Source: a virus (taxonomy: Duplodnaviria > Caudoviricetes). Taken from it: DNA of 64,000 nt. Each line of letters begins with the position of its first letter. Position 1 is the first letter of the stretch. The position numbers were made by a program, and so were the translations under genes. The notes under the pieces were generated by a model that did no database searches, was not told the DNA's origin, and saw only the letters and a program-made list of their open reading frames with translations. The stretch lies in IMG/VR virus record IMGVR_UViG_3300020577_007160, positions 115,513-179,512 of that record; one strand, given 5' to 3'. Below, piece by piece: positions 37,972 through 46,775 of this stretch.

Positions 37972-38622
37972 TTAACATTCTAAATGATCTAAATATTTAT
38001 CTATTCCAAATTCTTCAAACTCTCTCCGTAATGGAAGAAATACGTCTTTTAAAATATCTTCAAAATTAGATGCTACGTGTCCCCCTGTTTCATAACAGAC
38101 CAATTCCCCATCTGGAATGAAACTTCTTAAATCTTCTAAGTCTTCTTTGGAAGAAAATTTAGTAGTTTCATCATCTTTGTTTACAACAATTTTTTCGAAT
38201 CTTGGGAAATCATGTGAAATATTTTTAAGATCATTTTGAAATTTTATAAATTTCTTCAATTGATCTTCAGTGAAGATTGAATATCCCAATTTTTCTGTTC
38301 CAACTCTTTCACCAATGTACTTTGAGAGTTGAACACTAGGATTATAGCAAGGATTAATTAAGAGTGCTGGAGAGGAATATAATTTAGAAAAGTAATAAGC
38401 AAAGAATGAGCCTAATGATATTCCAATGAATATAAGTTTATTATTTTCTTTTGAAATGCATTCTTTGATCTTTTGAATAGATTCTTCCAAATTATTATAA
38501 TAATCTATTTCAATGGGTAAAAGATTATCTTCTTTATATATGAATTTTTCCAGTATTTTTATTTTATTAAATATACTTGGTCTTGACTCAATTTGAAACC
38601 CCTTGAAATACACTATATTCAT
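37972..38622 (-). CDS. YqiA/YcfP-like alpha/beta hydrolase
   Basis: GISLG nucleophile, LLINP, DDE, GGH. Confidence 0.8.
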   Translation of the reverse strand: MNIVYFKGFQIESRPSIFNKIKILEKFIYKEDNLLPIEIDYYNNLEESIQKIKECISKENNKLIFIGISLGSFFAYYFSKLYSSPALLINPCYNPSVQLSKYIGERVGTEKLGYSIFTEDQLKKFIKFQNDLKNISHDFPRFEKIVVNKDDETTKFSSKEDLEDLRSFIPDGELVCYETGGHVASNFEDILKDVFLPLRREFEEFGIDKYLDHLEC

Positions 38623-38661
38623 AATTCATCTATAATGAATAAACACCTTTGAACAACATAG

Positions 38662-38687
38662 AAGAACGAGAATATTAGTTTAAAATC
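38662..38687 (-). promoter_or_regulatory. bipartite phage promoter
   Basis: GATTTTA-N12-CGTTCTT. Confidence 0.65.
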
Positions 38688-39220
38688 TTAGGTAGAAACT
38701 CGTAACCTTTGACCCATCCTACTAAGACCTTAGTTTTCACTTCCCCACCAATTATTCTATCGTAGTGATAACCATCAGAATCTAGTCTTAAAATAGGCTT
38801 ATTGAGAATTTCTTGAACATATTGATTACTAATAGGAATAGATCCTAGTTTTAAGTTTATTCTCTCTGCTTTATGAGAAACTTCTGACCAAGATCTTTGC
38901 ATTTTGATGTCTTCACAAAATAACATATAGATATCTTTCTTTCCACGAGAAGATCCATCACAAGCAGCACATATGCTTTTCAATCCCCACTGATCCCTGT
39001 AAGCAACAAGAGCAGATACGTTTAAGTCTCTTTTGACGATTTTCCATATTTTAGTTTTCGTCAATAGATCTTCTATGTTTTCTGCTCCTTTGAAACCGCC
39101 TACATAAGAATAACTTCTCTCAATTATCTCCCAGATTTCTTCTAAATTTCTGTAGAAAAAATCTGATTTCAAATTGTCTTTTGATAAATCTATAGTAAGT
39201 ATTCTCTCTGTCAAAATCAT
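38675..39220 (-). CDS. conserved-looking phage protein
   Basis: SY..VGGF, WKIVKR, DGS..GK, WSEVS, DGYHYDRIIGG; N-terminal MILTE. Confidence 0.65.
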   Translation of the reverse strand: MILTERILTIDLSKDNLKSDFFYRNLEEIWEIIERSYSYVGGFKGAENIEDLLTKTKIWKIVKRDLNVSALVAYRDQWGLKSICAACDGSSRGKKDIYMLFCEDIKMQRSWSEVSHKAERINLKLGSIPISNQYVQEILNKPILRLDSDGYHYDRIIGGEVKTKVLVGWVKGYEFLPKILN

Positions 39221-39229
39221 AGGATTACA

Positions 39230-39430
39230 TTACCATCTATGCTTAAACATTTCAATTGTTTTGAGAACGTGCTTCTGTAATTTCATCATGTCTAACCACC
39301 ATGCTGGTTCAACAGATGAGGAGGACTCAAAATGAGAATCAATATCATCAATTTCTTTCTCAATCTGAATACAAAGATCCAAATATGCAGAACGTGATAA
39401 ATCATTATTTCTCATGTTTGATTCTTTCAT
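39230..39430 (-). CDS. hypothetical protein
   Basis: Coupled ORF. Confidence 0.5.
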   Translation of the reverse strand: MKESNMRNNDLSRSAYLDLCIQIEKEIDDIDSHFESSSSVEPAWWLDMMKLQKHVLKTIEMFKHRW

Positions 39431-39834
39431 GTTTCCAAAAAATGTTTTTTATGAGTAAAATAACTTGATTCTTTCTCTGATCTCTGTTCTAACTCTGCCC
39501 CAATATTTTTCGCTAGATTAACAATGAAGTATCTTTCCTTTTCAGGAATATCTAAGGAAACAAAAGAACAGTAATCCCGCCACAATCCATCGTATTTTTC
39601 TACTAAAGGATTTAATTGCTTTATTCCTTTGTCAGCGAGTTCAACATAGAAACTCACAACAAACTTGGAATAATGATTTTTCAACACACCTAACGCATCC
39701 TCTGCTGAATTATTGATATCATCAGCTAGATTCTGAATAATGTTCTGATTAAAATTTATAAATTTTGTTTTACAACAAAATTTATATTTCAATTTTGAAC
39801 CGCAAACGCAGGGCTTATTTAAAATGTTACTCAT
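39427..39834 (-). CDS. SEC-C motif protein
   Basis: NKPCVCGSKLKYKFCC. Confidence 0.75.
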   Translation of the reverse strand: MSNILNKPCVCGSKLKYKFCCKTKFINFNQNIIQNLADDINNSAEDALGVLKNHYSKFVVSFYVELADKGIKQLNPLVEKYDGLWRDYCSFVSLDIPEKERYFIVNLAKNIGAELEQRSEKESSYFTHKKHFLET

Positions 39835-40262
39835 AATGCTGATGATACTTTTTCCAGTGATTTTTCTGCTATTGCAGAAAGCCCTGAAACATACAATTGA
39901 TATAAAAAAGGATTATGAGTTTTCAACATATTTGGAAAGTGATCTTCTGACAAAGAAAAATAACTTCCATTAGTTAATTTAGAGTACTGATTATAATTAA
40001 AAATAATTGAACTCCAAATATCCACGTATTTCAGTACCAAGCAAACTGGCTTGTCAGTTTCAGAATTAGTAATATCTTCCATTAGAGTCAGAAACCGACA
40101 TCGAAGTTCTTCCAATAAGAACAAGGGAAGAAATGTTACAATAGAATTGAAGACAGGATATTCCTTACAACCGAACAAATTAACAATCAGATTATTGATT
40201 GTTTCTCGTAGTTGCTCCGGCGTCATTTCGTTGATCTTTGCTAAGTCGGGTAGGTCGGTCAT
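39831..40262 (-). CDS. hypothetical protein
   Basis: Coupled ORF. Confidence 0.55.
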   Translation of the reverse strand: MTDLPDLAKINEMTPEQLRETINNLIVNLFGCKEYPVFNSIVTFLPLFLLEELRCRFLTLMEDITNSETDKPVCLVLKYVDIWSSIIFNYNQYSKLTNGSYFSLSEDHFPNMLKTHNPFLYQLYVSGLSAIAEKSLEKVSSAL

Positions 40263-40360
40263 TAGTTTCTTCTACGTTATTATCAATATTATTTTCATTG
40301 TTAACATCACGGGAAGTAGGAGTATGAATAACTTCTGTGATTAATTTCCGAGTTTTCATT

Positions 40361-40546
40361 TCAATCCTCAATTAAAAAATTTAATTCGTAAATGTCCTTA
40401 TAAAACTCTTGTCCTGATATAACATGTCGCAAATGTGCGGATTCATAACCTCGAGTAATTTCAACTCCAAGGATTTCGAGGTCATCATTGGGACTTATTT
40501 TCAATTTTTCATCAAGTTCAAGAATCTGAGATCCTTTGATCGTCAT
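40361..40546 (-). CDS. hypothetical protein
   Basis: 61-aa ORF behind a promoter motif. Confidence 0.5.
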   Translation of the reverse strand: MTIKGSQILELDEKLKISPNDDLEILGVEITRGYESAHLRHVISGQEFYKDIYELNFLIED

Positions 40547-40574
40547 ATGGTTACCCTAAATAATAATGAATGAG

Positions 40575-40597
40575 GAGAACGTCCAGTCATTCTTAAT
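40575..40597 (-). promoter_or_regulatory. bipartite phage promoter
   Basis: ATTA-N12-CGTTCTC. Confidence 0.55.
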
Positions 40598-40630
40598 TCG
40601 GGATCCTGAACATAATCTTTGATACTCTTC

Positions 40631-41326
40631 TCATATCGCTATATTTGAATAAGAATCTGAACTGAAATTTTTATAATCTTTATACAAAGGTTCAAAAATA
40701 TCAATTAAAATCCTATTAAAATTACTCACGTAATATCCACCTTTATCATATTGATAAAGTTTTCCTTCAGGCATAGCAATCTTTAGTCTTCTTATTTCGA
40801 GTTCAGAATTGTAGGGACTAATTTTGTCATCCCTATTGATGACAATTTTAATAAATTCTGGATTAGCATGGCGCAAGGAACTGAGTGAGTCTTCGAACGA
40901 TTTGAATATCTTCAATGAGTTTTCCTGAAATTTAGAAAACCCAAAATTTGGAGTTCCAACTCTTTCACCAATGTACTTTGAGAGTTGAACACTAGGATTA
41001 TAGCAAGGATTAATTAAGAGTGCTGGAGAGGAATATAATTTAGAAAAGTAATAAGCAAAGAATGAGCCAAGAGAAGTACCGATGAAAATAAATTTTGAAT
41101 TCCGATGACGATAAAATTTATCAAATCTCTCGTAAGAAAGGGAATGCTTTATTAATTGAATAGACTCTTCCAAATTATTATAATAATCTATTTCAATAGG
41201 ATAAATATTATCTCGGATATCAATGAACGGCGCATTTTTTAAAAGATCGATCTTATTGAAAGAACTTGAAAAAACACCTTCAAACTGAAGACCATTAAAA
41301 TAAATTATATCCATAAGTATCATCAA
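40631..41326 (-). CDS. YqiA/YcfP-like hydrolase paralog, catalytic His replaced
   Basis: GTSLG, DDK, GGY instead of GGH. Confidence 0.75.
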   Translation of the reverse strand: MMILMDIIYFNGLQFEGVFSSSFNKIDLLKNAPFIDIRDNIYPIEIDYYNNLEESIQLIKHSLSYERFDKFYRHRNSKFIFIGTSLGSFFAYYFSKLYSSPALLINPCYNPSVQLSKYIGERVGTPNFGFSKFQENSLKIFKSFEDSLSSLRHANPEFIKIVINRDDKISPYNSELEIRRLKIAMPEGKLYQYDKGGYYVSNFNRILIDIFEPLYKDYKNFSSDSYSNIAI

Positions 41327-41332
41327 AGAAAA

Positions 41333-41563
41333 CTAAGATCGTAAACTTCCCTTCAATTTTTCATATTCAGAACTAGAGTAAGAAAGATTATTGATAATAT
41401 AACTAATAAGTGTCTGAAGAATCAAAACAACAATTATAAATAAAGAACCAAATAAAACTGTATTAAGAAAAGTCATTGTGCTGCTGAAATACAATAACAA
41501 AAGTCCAGAGAAACAAAACAAATATCTATGGAAACTTCTTTTCAGATTTAAAAGGGAAGTCAT
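41333..41563 (-). CDS. small membrane protein
   Basis: Two hydrophobic helices. Confidence 0.55.
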   Translation of the reverse strand: MTSLLNLKRSFHRYLFCFSGLLLLYFSSTMTFLNTVLFGSLFIIVVLILQTLISYIINNLSYSSSEYEKLKGSLRS

Positions 41564-42294
41564 TGTTCTATTGTAATTGTTCTAAAAGGTTCTGTTGTAA
41601 AACTTTCTTCCTGAGAAATTAGTATTTCTAATACTTCTTTCTTTTTTTGCAGGCAATCGAGGAAAACAATATTGTCTTCGATTAATATTTCTGGAACTCC
41701 TGAATGACCAACAATCTGAATACAATCTGGAATACTATCAGATCTCAGGGATTCAGGGCGAACCCACAAAGGTGATTGGTAAATACTATTACCATACATA
41801 TCACCTGTGTTTTGAAACTCAAATTTTTTGAAGGAATCTAAAAATGAAGAATTTATATCTTTAATTTTTAATCGGGAATTTGCCAACCACGTCTTTGTTA
41901 TACCAGCATGACTTACTATAAGATTTTTATACTGGAAAATAACTTGAAGTAAGTTCTGATCTACGCAAAGTTTTAATGTTCCTCCAGCCAAAATGGCAGT
42001 GTGGGGTGAGTATCCCGAATACCGTTGATTAACATAGGGCAAATAATGGTAATCATGATTACCCAATAATAAAATTATGTTCTCAGGATTGTAAGATTTT
42101 TCTGATAATAAGTCATCAAAATTTCTTATTTGTTCCGGTGGTATATAAACAAAGGAATCAAAGTAATCCCCTACGAATACGTAGAGAGTACTTGAGAACT
42201 TATTTTCAAGTTTATCTTTCGATAATAATTTTTTCCAAACTGAATCCCCATGGATGTCCCCGATGACAACAATTCTTTTAATATCAGGATTCAT
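41560..42294 (-). CDS. calcineurin-like metallophosphoesterase
   Basis: GDIHG, GDYFD, GNHD, SHAG, VGHS. Confidence 0.9.
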   Translation of the reverse strand: MNPDIKRIVVIGDIHGDSVWKKLLSKDKLENKFSSTLYVFVGDYFDSFVYIPPEQIRNFDDLLSEKSYNPENIILLLGNHDYHYLPYVNQRYSGYSPHTAILAGGTLKLCVDQNLLQVIFQYKNLIVSHAGITKTWLANSRLKIKDINSSFLDSFKKFEFQNTGDMYGNSIYQSPLWVRPESLRSDSIPDCIQIVGHSGVPEILIEDNIVFLDCLQKKKEVLEILISQEESFTTEPFRTITIEQ

Positions 42295-42328
42295 ATAGTA
42301 TAATGTATTGAGATATAACGTGAAATTT

Positions 42329-42748
42329 TTATAAATTATTAAATGCCTTTATTCCTATATCACCTTCCAGATAATTAAGGATCTTAATTCCTAATTCTCT
42401 GACCTTTTTTCCATATTCGAAAGAAGATTCATAGTTCAGAATCTCTGTATGACTCTCCGCATTAAAATCAAATGTTGAAAATAAAATAGTTTTATTTCTT
42501 GAAAATACTACCTGGCACATCCGTGAATGTTCCGACAAGTTCTCCGGCGAAGACCACTGAATAGTTAAATCCCCTGATTCTAGGAAATATATACCAGATG
42601 GCAATAAAAAATAGTCATGCATATTAAAAAACTGAATAGCACAGACAATAGAATCTAAGTTTGGATTAACTAATGGATTATTATCCTGGTATTCCTTATA
42701 GGAAGTAAGAAGAATCTGCGTAAATTCAGAAGAAAGGGTAGAAGTCAT
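42329..42748 (-). CDS. hypothetical protein
   Basis: 139-aa ORF. Confidence 0.55.
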   Translation of the reverse strand: MTSTLSSEFTQILLTSYKEYQDNNPLVNPNLDSIVCAIQFFNMHDYFLLPSGIYFLESGDLTIQWSSPENLSEHSRMCQVVFSRNKTILFSTFDFNAESHTEILNYESSFEYGKKVRELGIKILNYLEGDIGIKAFNNL

Positions 42749-42751
42749 TGG

Positions 42752-42982
42752 TTACTTATCAGTAATGTAACATCCAGTATCAAAGATAATCTCATTAGCG
42801 TCATGAATGGTATTTTCTGTGAGCTTGTAAACAACACAGGAATACTTTCTACCCCGATCAGAACAATGCTTACTCGCAATAGCCCTTGCTCTGCTCTCCT
42901 TGCGGGAAAAGGTAACAACATAACTATGGTCATTCTTATCACCATTTCGATGTGCGAGAATGACATAAATCTCAGATTTCAT
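42752..42982 (-). CDS. hypothetical protein
   Basis: ATGA-coupled to upstream gene. Confidence 0.55.
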   Translation of the reverse strand: MKSEIYVILAHRNGDKNDHSYVVTFSRKESRARAIASKHCSDRGRKYSCVVYKLTENTIHDANEIIFDTGCYITDK

Positions 42983-43383
42983 TTTAGTATTTCCACTTTT
43001 TGAAAAATTCTTTTAGAAATTTTTAAAAGCATTTCCTCTGTTAAAAACAAAGTATATTGATTCATGTTCCCATGAGTAGAACAGTTCATTCTACCAAATG
43101 AATATTTTGATATCTTACCCTTGGAAAATCGAAGCATGCAAGATGCATGAACTCTCATATGTTGATAACTACTTGCAACTTTGGGCATAATGCAAAAACA
43201 TTCGATTTGTAATCCTTTATCATAATCTGTCTTTTTTAATTGAAAATCATTTTCACATTTTTTAATGGAATTTAAAACTATTGATTCAGTAAGTTTTCCA
43301 GATTCGAGTTTTCCATTAGATTCTTCTAAGGATTCCATAAATGCCAAATAATGTTCTTTGGTCTTAAAGAAATTTTCTAACAT
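42979..43383 (-). CDS. hypothetical protein
   Basis: ORF behind a promoter motif. Confidence 0.55.
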   Translation of the reverse strand: MLENFFKTKEHYLAFMESLEESNGKLESGKLTESIVLNSIKKCENDFQLKKTDYDKGLQIECFCIMPKVASSYQHMRVHASCMLRFSKGKISKYSFGRMNCSTHGNMNQYTLFLTEEMLLKISKRIFQKVEILK

Positions 43384-43421
43384 AATAGTATTTTAAAATT
43401 AGTTTATTCAATTACACTACA

Positions 43422-43447
43422 AAGAACGGTTTTCTCAATTTAGGGAT
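43422..43447 (-). promoter_or_regulatory. bipartite phage promoter
   Basis: ATCCCTA-N12-CGTTCTT. Confidence 0.55.
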
Positions 43448-43463
43448 AGAGAACAAAACTATT

Positions 43464-43766
43464 TTATGTTAAATTCAATAAAGTATTAACTAAAGAACAT
43501 GCAATTTTACAGGCATGATTTTGAAATTCTGAGTACTCAACAGAAGACTCTGTTACAAGAATAGAATGCATGTCAGTATATGAAACACTAAATACCCCTG
43601 AGTTTTCTTTACAATTTTTCTCAAGATCCCTAGCAAGATTTAAGATTGATTCTTCTGTTGTTCTTATGGGGTGAAATAAAATCTTATTTTTTGTCCCATA
43701 ATTTTTACGAAATAATAAAAGAGTTGGATAAAGAATTTGAGCAATTTCTTGAAAATTATATTTCAT
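43464..43766 (-). CDS. hypothetical protein
   Basis: 100-aa ORF. Confidence 0.5.
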   Translation of the reverse strand: MKYNFQEIAQILYPTLLLFRKNYGTKNKILFHPIRTTEESILNLARDLEKNCKENSGVFSVSYTDMHSILVTESSVEYSEFQNHACKIACSLVNTLLNLT

Positions 43767-43974
43767 GTTCAGAAGTAGTTATATTGGAAACAAAGGAATT
43801 GAATCGGGATTCAAGCGTATTTACAATCTCAACAAGTTCATTAATTTTCTTTATCAAGATCATTATATTTGCTGGAGTAGCATCGGGGATTTGGGTTTGG
43901 TCGTAACCTTCCCATTTCATAGAGGTGTCGGGGAAACTTCCCCAATAAAGTGTTTGTATTGAATTTTCTTCCAT
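43756..43974 (-). CDS. hypothetical protein
   Basis: 72-aa ORF with coiled-coil end. Confidence 0.5.
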   Translation of the reverse strand: MEENSIQTLYWGSFPDTSMKWEGYDQTQIPDATPANIMILIKKINELVEIVNTLESRFNSFVSNITTSEHEI

Positions 43975-44005
43975 AATTTAAATTAATAAATATATTTGAA
44001 AATAG

Positions 44006-44187
44006 TGGTGGAAAACAGAATCGAACTGTTTATATTTTGTCCCAAATTTCAACAGCTTTTCATCGTTAAGTGCCTCATCGAGGCCAATAGTACTCTTGTC
44101 CTCAGTTCAACTGCTTAATGCATTTAGCGTAAATCGTGTTGCAACATTACGCACAACCTATTTGGGATACGTCGTCCAGACTCCACC
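44006..44187 (-). ncRNA. compact tmRNA-like / tRNA-like structured RNA (182 nt)
   Basis: Acceptor GGTGGAG/TTCCACC+A, T-arm AACAG-TTCGATT-CTGTT, unpaired TCTGGACGAC D-loop mimic, helix TCCCAAAT/ATTTGGGA, PK1-like pseudoknot. Confidence 0.7.
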
Positions 44188-44200
44188 AATTATAAATCAT

Positions 44201-44584
44201 CTATGCAAGTTGTTTACTTCTATATTTTCTTTTTGTAATTTCAGAATCTAAGGATTCTTTAGGAAATACAAAATCAGAATCTATAGGAAGAGAATATGAT
44301 TTTGAAATATTAATCTTTCCTTTCCCAACTTTCCCCCCTTGAAAACAGAGAAGAAATACTTCCCCATAATCATCGGATTCGACTTCAATACTAATATAGA
44401 TAGTAGGATGTTCTTTCGTATAGTCACAAAATTGATCTATTACTCGATTCAATTCCTTTGTAACTTGTTTACCTTCATTGGAAAGACTCCAGGAAACAAT
44501 TCTTAACTCCTCTCTTGGAATTGGGGCATCAGCAGGTTCAATATCCTTCAATCCAGCCAATGCTATTATATATTGAGTTGCCAT
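44201..44584 (-). CDS. hypothetical protein
   Basis: 127-aa ORF. Confidence 0.55.
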   Translation of the reverse strand: MATQYIIALAGLKDIEPADAPIPREELRIVSWSLSNEGKQVTKELNRVIDQFCDYTKEHPTIYISIEVESDDYGEVFLLCFQGGKVGKGKINISKSYSLPIDSDFVFPKESLDSEITKRKYRSKQLA

Positions 44585-44587
44585 ATA

Positions 44588-44986
44588 TTAGTTTTGAAAA
44601 TCCCGACTCAAGTATTTACGAAATTGTTCAAACTCAAATTTAACAGTTTTAGTTCCATCAGGATTTTCAACTGTATTCCTTTCTGTTGTTGCGGCATAAC
44701 ACTCAATATTCCGAGTATAACATGCTTCAACAAAAGAATGGGTAAATGTGAATTCACCACCAACCATGCAACAAACATCATTGCCGTATTCATTTACGAT
44801 ACGCAGCATTAAACCAATTGCTAACTTCTGAACTTCTTTGGAAGTTGCTGATGGGGAAATATTAGGAAACGGTATTTCTCCAATTGATTCCCCTAATTCT
44901 AGGGCAGCGTTCTTTTGCTTTTCCGTCCAAGCAGCAACCGCATGGTTGCTTATGTTCAAAAATACTTTTGTTTTTGCTGATGTCAT
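44588..44986 (-). CDS. Csx20-like CRISPR-associated ring-nuclease family protein (candidate)
   Basis: NISNH...W...Q..AA, IPFPNI.P, GEF, ATTER..E..DG.K...F.F..FRKY. Confidence 0.55.
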   Translation of the reverse strand: MTSAKTKVFLNISNHAVAAWTEKQKNAALELGESIGEIPFPNISPSATSKEVQKLAIGLMLRIVNEYGNDVCCMVGGEFTFTHSFVEACYTRNIECYAATTERNTVENPDGTKTVKFEFEQFRKYLSRDFQN

Positions 44987-45031
44987 GATTTACTCCTGAA
45001 ACATTTTATTAAAAATTTTAGTAACACATTA

Positions 45032-45057
45032 GAGAACGGGGAAGAAAGTATAAAATC
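45032..45057 (-). promoter_or_regulatory. bipartite phage promoter
   Basis: GATTTTA-N12-CGTTCTC. Confidence 0.65.
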
Positions 45058-45072
45058 TACTTCTTACAAATT

Positions 45073-45402
45073 TTAGATCCAATCAATTACAAGATCACTA
45101 TCGTTTTCCATGAGAGAACCTTCCAGATATCCCTGGTAATACTCAAGGTTATTCTGAACAGTTTCTTCCAAATCATCTTCGTCTTGGTTATATTGTTGTT
45201 TCTCAACCCAACACCAAGCAACTGAGTCCAATTCAGGATAAGATTGGTTACCCGCATTCAAATTAGAAACCCAAATTTTTCCGGATTTCTCAATAAAAAC
45301 ATCAACGCCCCAATTCTCAAATCCGTCATTGTTTTGATATAGGGAATTTTTAATTACTTCTTTTAAATCCTGAGTACTTACTTTCAAAATTGTTCTTTTC
45401 AT
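45073..45402 (-). CDS. hypothetical acidic protein
   Basis: 109-aa ORF. Confidence 0.55.
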   Translation of the reverse strand: MKRTILKVSTQDLKEVIKNSLYQNNDGFENWGVDVFIEKSGKIWVSNLNAGNQSYPELDSVAWCWVEKQQYNQDEDDLEETVQNNLEYYQGYLEGSLMENDSDLVIDWI

Positions 45403-45481
45403 TTAATCTTGTAATTGAGAAATTTAGAAAATAGATTTCGTAACTCATTAAAAATAACTCCTAGTAGTTTAAATAGTATAC

Positions 45482-45646
45482 TTAAATTTTATCTTCAATA
45501 TTCCATGAACGGGTAAACTTTGGTTCAGTTTTGCTGTAAACCTTTTTTCCACGCTTTCCATGCCACCACCAATACGATTCCCCTTTTTTGATTCCTTGCA
45601 GGGAATAATTTCTTTTAGCTCTACTGACAAAATAGTATTTTATCAT
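45482..45646 (-). CDS. 54-aa protein paralogous to the N-terminus of 46776-47330
   Basis: Not in ORF track: MIKYYFVSRAKRNYSLQGIKKGESYWWWHGKRGKKVYSKTEPKFTRSWNIEDKI. Confidence 0.65.
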   Translation of the reverse strand: MIKYYFVSRAKRNYSLQGIKKGESYWWWHGKRGKKVYSKTEPKFTRSWNIEDKI

Positions 45647-45656
45647 TGTTTTCCCT

Positions 45657-45860
45657 TTAGTTGTTATTGTTATTTTTTCTTGGTTCTTTTATTACTTTCC
45701 AATAACTTCCTCCGTTCAGTTCAACCCAATCATTGTATTGGGTATCAATGACGTCTTCAATGAACGTTCCAGAATCATTTTCATCGAATTCAAAATCAAC
45801 ATTCTTTATTATATTACCCAAAACAAACATAACTTGCATTTTATACATTTCAGTTCTCAA
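45657..45860 (-). CDS. hypothetical protein
   Basis: ORF behind a promoter motif; true start may be a downstream ATG. Confidence 0.5.
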   Translation of the reverse strand: MRTEMYKMQVMFVLGNIIKNVDFEFDENDSGTFIEDVIDTQYNDWVELNGGSYWKVIKEPRKNNNNN

Positions 45861-45885
45861 GTTGTGATCGCAAACTTATAGAAAC

Positions 45886-45911
45886 AAGAACGTACGACAT
45901 CAGATAAAATC
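45886..45911 (-). promoter_or_regulatory. bipartite phage promoter
   Basis: GATTTTA-N12-CGTTCTT. Confidence 0.65.
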
Positions 45912-45916
45912 CGATA

Positions 45917-45957
45917 AAATTGAAAAGACTCAGGAACAAAAGTTCAAGAGTCTTTTC
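45917..45957 (-). terminator. hairpin, probable terminator
   Basis: GAAAAGACTC/GAGTCTTTTC inverted repeat. Confidence 0.6.
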
Positions 45958-46002
45958 TAAATTCTAGGAATGACTGAGAGTTATCAAACACTAGAATTAT
46001 TT

Positions 46003-46653
46003 TTAGGGTTGTTCCTCGTACCCAAATAACACTTTGAGGTTTTCTTGATTGAGTTCTAACGTAGCTAAAAGTGACTTGATATTCAGTTCCTGCTCTTCTG
46101 GAAAAGGAAGAAACTCAGTTTTACAATTTTGTGGTCGTATTCCTACAAAATCTTTATCCTCATATATTTTTTGAATTCGCCTTTCCACTTCTGGTTGATT
46201 TTCTAAAACTCCTAAAACATAATCTGCAAAATCAATGACTAAGTTTTTAGAACTCAAAATATGTTCTGGAATAGTGCCTTTATTCAAAAGAATAAGTTCA
46301 TGCAGATTGAACGCAGACCACATGTACCCAATGTAATTTTTTGGTTCTAGTGCTAATTCTAGAAAATTATAATAACCTGGAATCCAATCATTTGGAGTTC
46401 CAGAATGAACCAAGTAATACAAAGGAATGCCAAGTTCCTTTAGTTCAGCTTCTGAGTACACTCTATTCTTTTTCCAATAAAATTGGGATTCTTGCCGAAT
46501 CCCTAATTCTAGAAATCTCTTTGATTGTTCCAAAGAACAAACAAAATTCTCCATATTTATTTTCAATGGTTCAGTTCTTACGCCCTGAATCCAATTTGCC
46601 AAAGAAGAATCAGATGTTATCTGTTGTTTCTTCTTTTGTCGTTTTGTATTCAT
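46003..46653 (-). CDS. hypothetical phage protein
   Basis: CSLEQSK..LELG..QES.FYW...SAF..EL pattern; true start probably MENFVC. Confidence 0.55.
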   Translation of the reverse strand: MNTKRQKKKQQITSDSSLANWIQGVRTEPLKINMENFVCSLEQSKRFLELGIRQESQFYWKKNRVYSEAELKELGIPLYYLVHSGTPNDWIPGYYNFLELALEPKNYIGYMWSAFNLHELILLNKGTIPEHILSSKNLVIDFADYVLGVLENQPEVERRIQKIYEDKDFVGIRPQNCKTEFLPFPEEQELNIKSLLATLELNQENLKVLFGYEEQP

Positions 46654-46770
46654 ATGTTATTTTCCCTATTCCGTTGCAATCAATGCAGATCTCCTGAGAA
46701 AACTTATAGAGTTTTGTCCCTGACAATAAGGACAAACGCATTCTATTACTCTGATTTCTTTATTTTCCAT
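46610..46770 (-). pseudogene. frameshifted DnaJ-type zinc-finger mini-protein
   Basis: CPYCQG in the start frame and CIDCNGIG in the -1 frame; one extra base restores CPYCQGTKLYKFSQEICIDCNGIG. Confidence 0.6.
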
Positions 46771-46775
46771 TTTAT

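Larger units (their letters stand above)
38297..41068. repeat. 116-bp identical repeat (38297-38412 and 40953-41068)
   Basis: Direct comparison by eye; encodes GSFFAYYFSKLYSSPALLINPCYNPSVQLSKYIGERVGT in both hydrolases. Confidence 0.9.

Noticed and set aside
40192-40359. 55-aa ORF MKTRKLITEV... with an I-T-E site
   Set aside because: Low-complexity sequence overlapping the next gene by about 70 nt; not enough support to call
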